Origin: an uncultured Muribaculaceae bacterium
Lineage (GTDB): Bacteria; Pseudomonadota; Alphaproteobacteria; Rs-D84
Reading direction: 5' to 3'
Length of the DNA: 64,000 bases
Assembly (NCBI GenBank): GCA_965231035.1
Contig: OZ246409.1
Location: 257,222-321,221, forward strand
Shown: positions 63,414 to 64,000 of the stretch, piece by piece
Layout of the letters: each line of letters opens with the position of its first letter
How positions within the stretch are numbered: position 1 is the first letter of the stretch
The notes under the pieces: generated by a model
Told to the model about the DNA's origin: nothing
Databases searched by the model: none
Seen by the model: only the letters and a program-made list of their open reading frames with translations
Program-made: the position numbers and the translations under genes

Positions 63414-63458
63414 TACTTATGCTCCTTCATTGCAAAGACTTTGCTTTGCATTAAATTT

Positions 63459-63815
63459 TTAAATATTTACCCCACCTGCGCGTATAGCTTCGCACAAGGA
63501 CTTGATACGACCATGATAGCGATAACCACCACGATCAAAATAACAATTCTTTTCAATCTTTGCCTTCTTTGCACGTTCAGCAAAAGATTTTCCAACTAAT
63601 TCTGCACCAGCAACATTCCAACCTTTGCCTTTGAAAGCTTTTTCTTTGGAAGATGCAGCACAAACTGTATGACCTTTGACATCGTCAATGGCCTGAATTT
63701 CAATGTGACGACCAGAACGGAAAACCGACAAGCGGATTTTTCCAGGGTTTTTTCTTTTCAACGCACCACGATTAGATAGCTTGCGTCTCTCATCAGTAGA
63801 TAAATGTTTTAACAT
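63459..63815 (-). CDS. rplR: 50S ribosomal protein L18
   Basis: [18 protein letters not shown]... Confidence 0.85.
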   Translation of the reverse strand: MLKHLSTDERRKLSNRGALKRKNPGKIRLSVFRSGRHIEIQAIDDVKGHTVCAASSKEKAFKGKGWNVAGAELVGKSFAERAKKAKIEKNCYFDRGGYRYHGRIKSLCEAIRAGGVNI

Positions 63816-63858
63816 TTTTTTTCCTTTTTTGCATCCCCGTAACAGCGGGAATTATTTT

Positions 63859-64000
63859 TTATCTTTGTTTGTTTCCATTTATATAGTCAGCATAGTTATT
63901 TCTTTTTTTTGTTGCTGCTTCACCTATTTTTTTGGCTGCATAACCCCCTGCAACTATCAAAGCAAAAAGAAACGCTCCAAATCCAACTATCTCTGCTGTA
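63859..64000 (-). CDS. Partial CDS (C-terminal 46 codons) of a small membrane protein upstream of rplR; it is not L6
   Basis: Open minus frame ...TAEIVGFGAFLFALIVAGGYAAKKIGEAATKKRNNYADYINGNKQR*. Confidence 0.25.
   Translation of the reverse strand, partial: TAEIVGFGAFLFALIVAGGYAAKKIGEAATKKRNNYADYINGNKQR

Overview
This is AT-rich alphaproteobacterial chromosome: the core genes present are a CcrM-type GANTC methyltransferase, nrdR, polA, recO, pth, thyA, infA, clpP-clpX, pgk, tpiA, grpE, rnhB, slt, ppiD, the rpsF-rpsR-rplI operon and the rplR-rpsE-rpmD-rplO-secY-rpsM-rpsK-rpoA-rplQ cluster. The organism is probably host-associated. The core genes are interleaved with accessory islands, and these are the main points of interest. 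(1) The strongest candidate for something undescribed is an expanded paralogous family of large secreted cysteine-rich proteins. It has five large members (3254-6262, 20963-23464, 23488-25629, 26113-28851, 53572-56349) plus smaller relatives in a four-gene secreted-protein operon at 45631-50043. The large members share a near-invariant Y-Y-G-C-M-D-x-F-C...C-x-C-S block, repeated C-x(4-6)-C-G-x-D-F-x-N-C modules and Gly/Ala-rich hydrophobic tails. I cannot place them in any family I recognise. (2) A 1.3-kb array holds 14 copies of a perfect 18-bp palindrome, TGTCCAATATATTGGACA, inside nested tandem duplications. It surrounds an orphan HigA-family HTH gene whose -10 box lies immediately next to one copy. 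(3) Hairpin repeats resembling the Rickettsia palindromic elements (RPE) form two clusters that bracket a 3.3-kb segment, and one copy supplies the last codons and stop of a gene. (4) A two-gene island with lower GC content, encoding an APH-family kinase and a hypothetical protein, is inserted between rpsK and rpoA. (5) Three small hypothetical genes share a conserved 30-bp promoter/operator motif. (6) There is a MotA/ExbB-like plus OmpA/MotB-like pair with a 200-aa coiled-coil linker. (7) A 1256-aa secreted protein carries ankyrin repeats. There is one tRNA-Leu(GAG) and no rRNA or CRISPR. Coordinates that I derived by eye from the sequence text, rather than from the ORF track, may be off by 1-2 nt.
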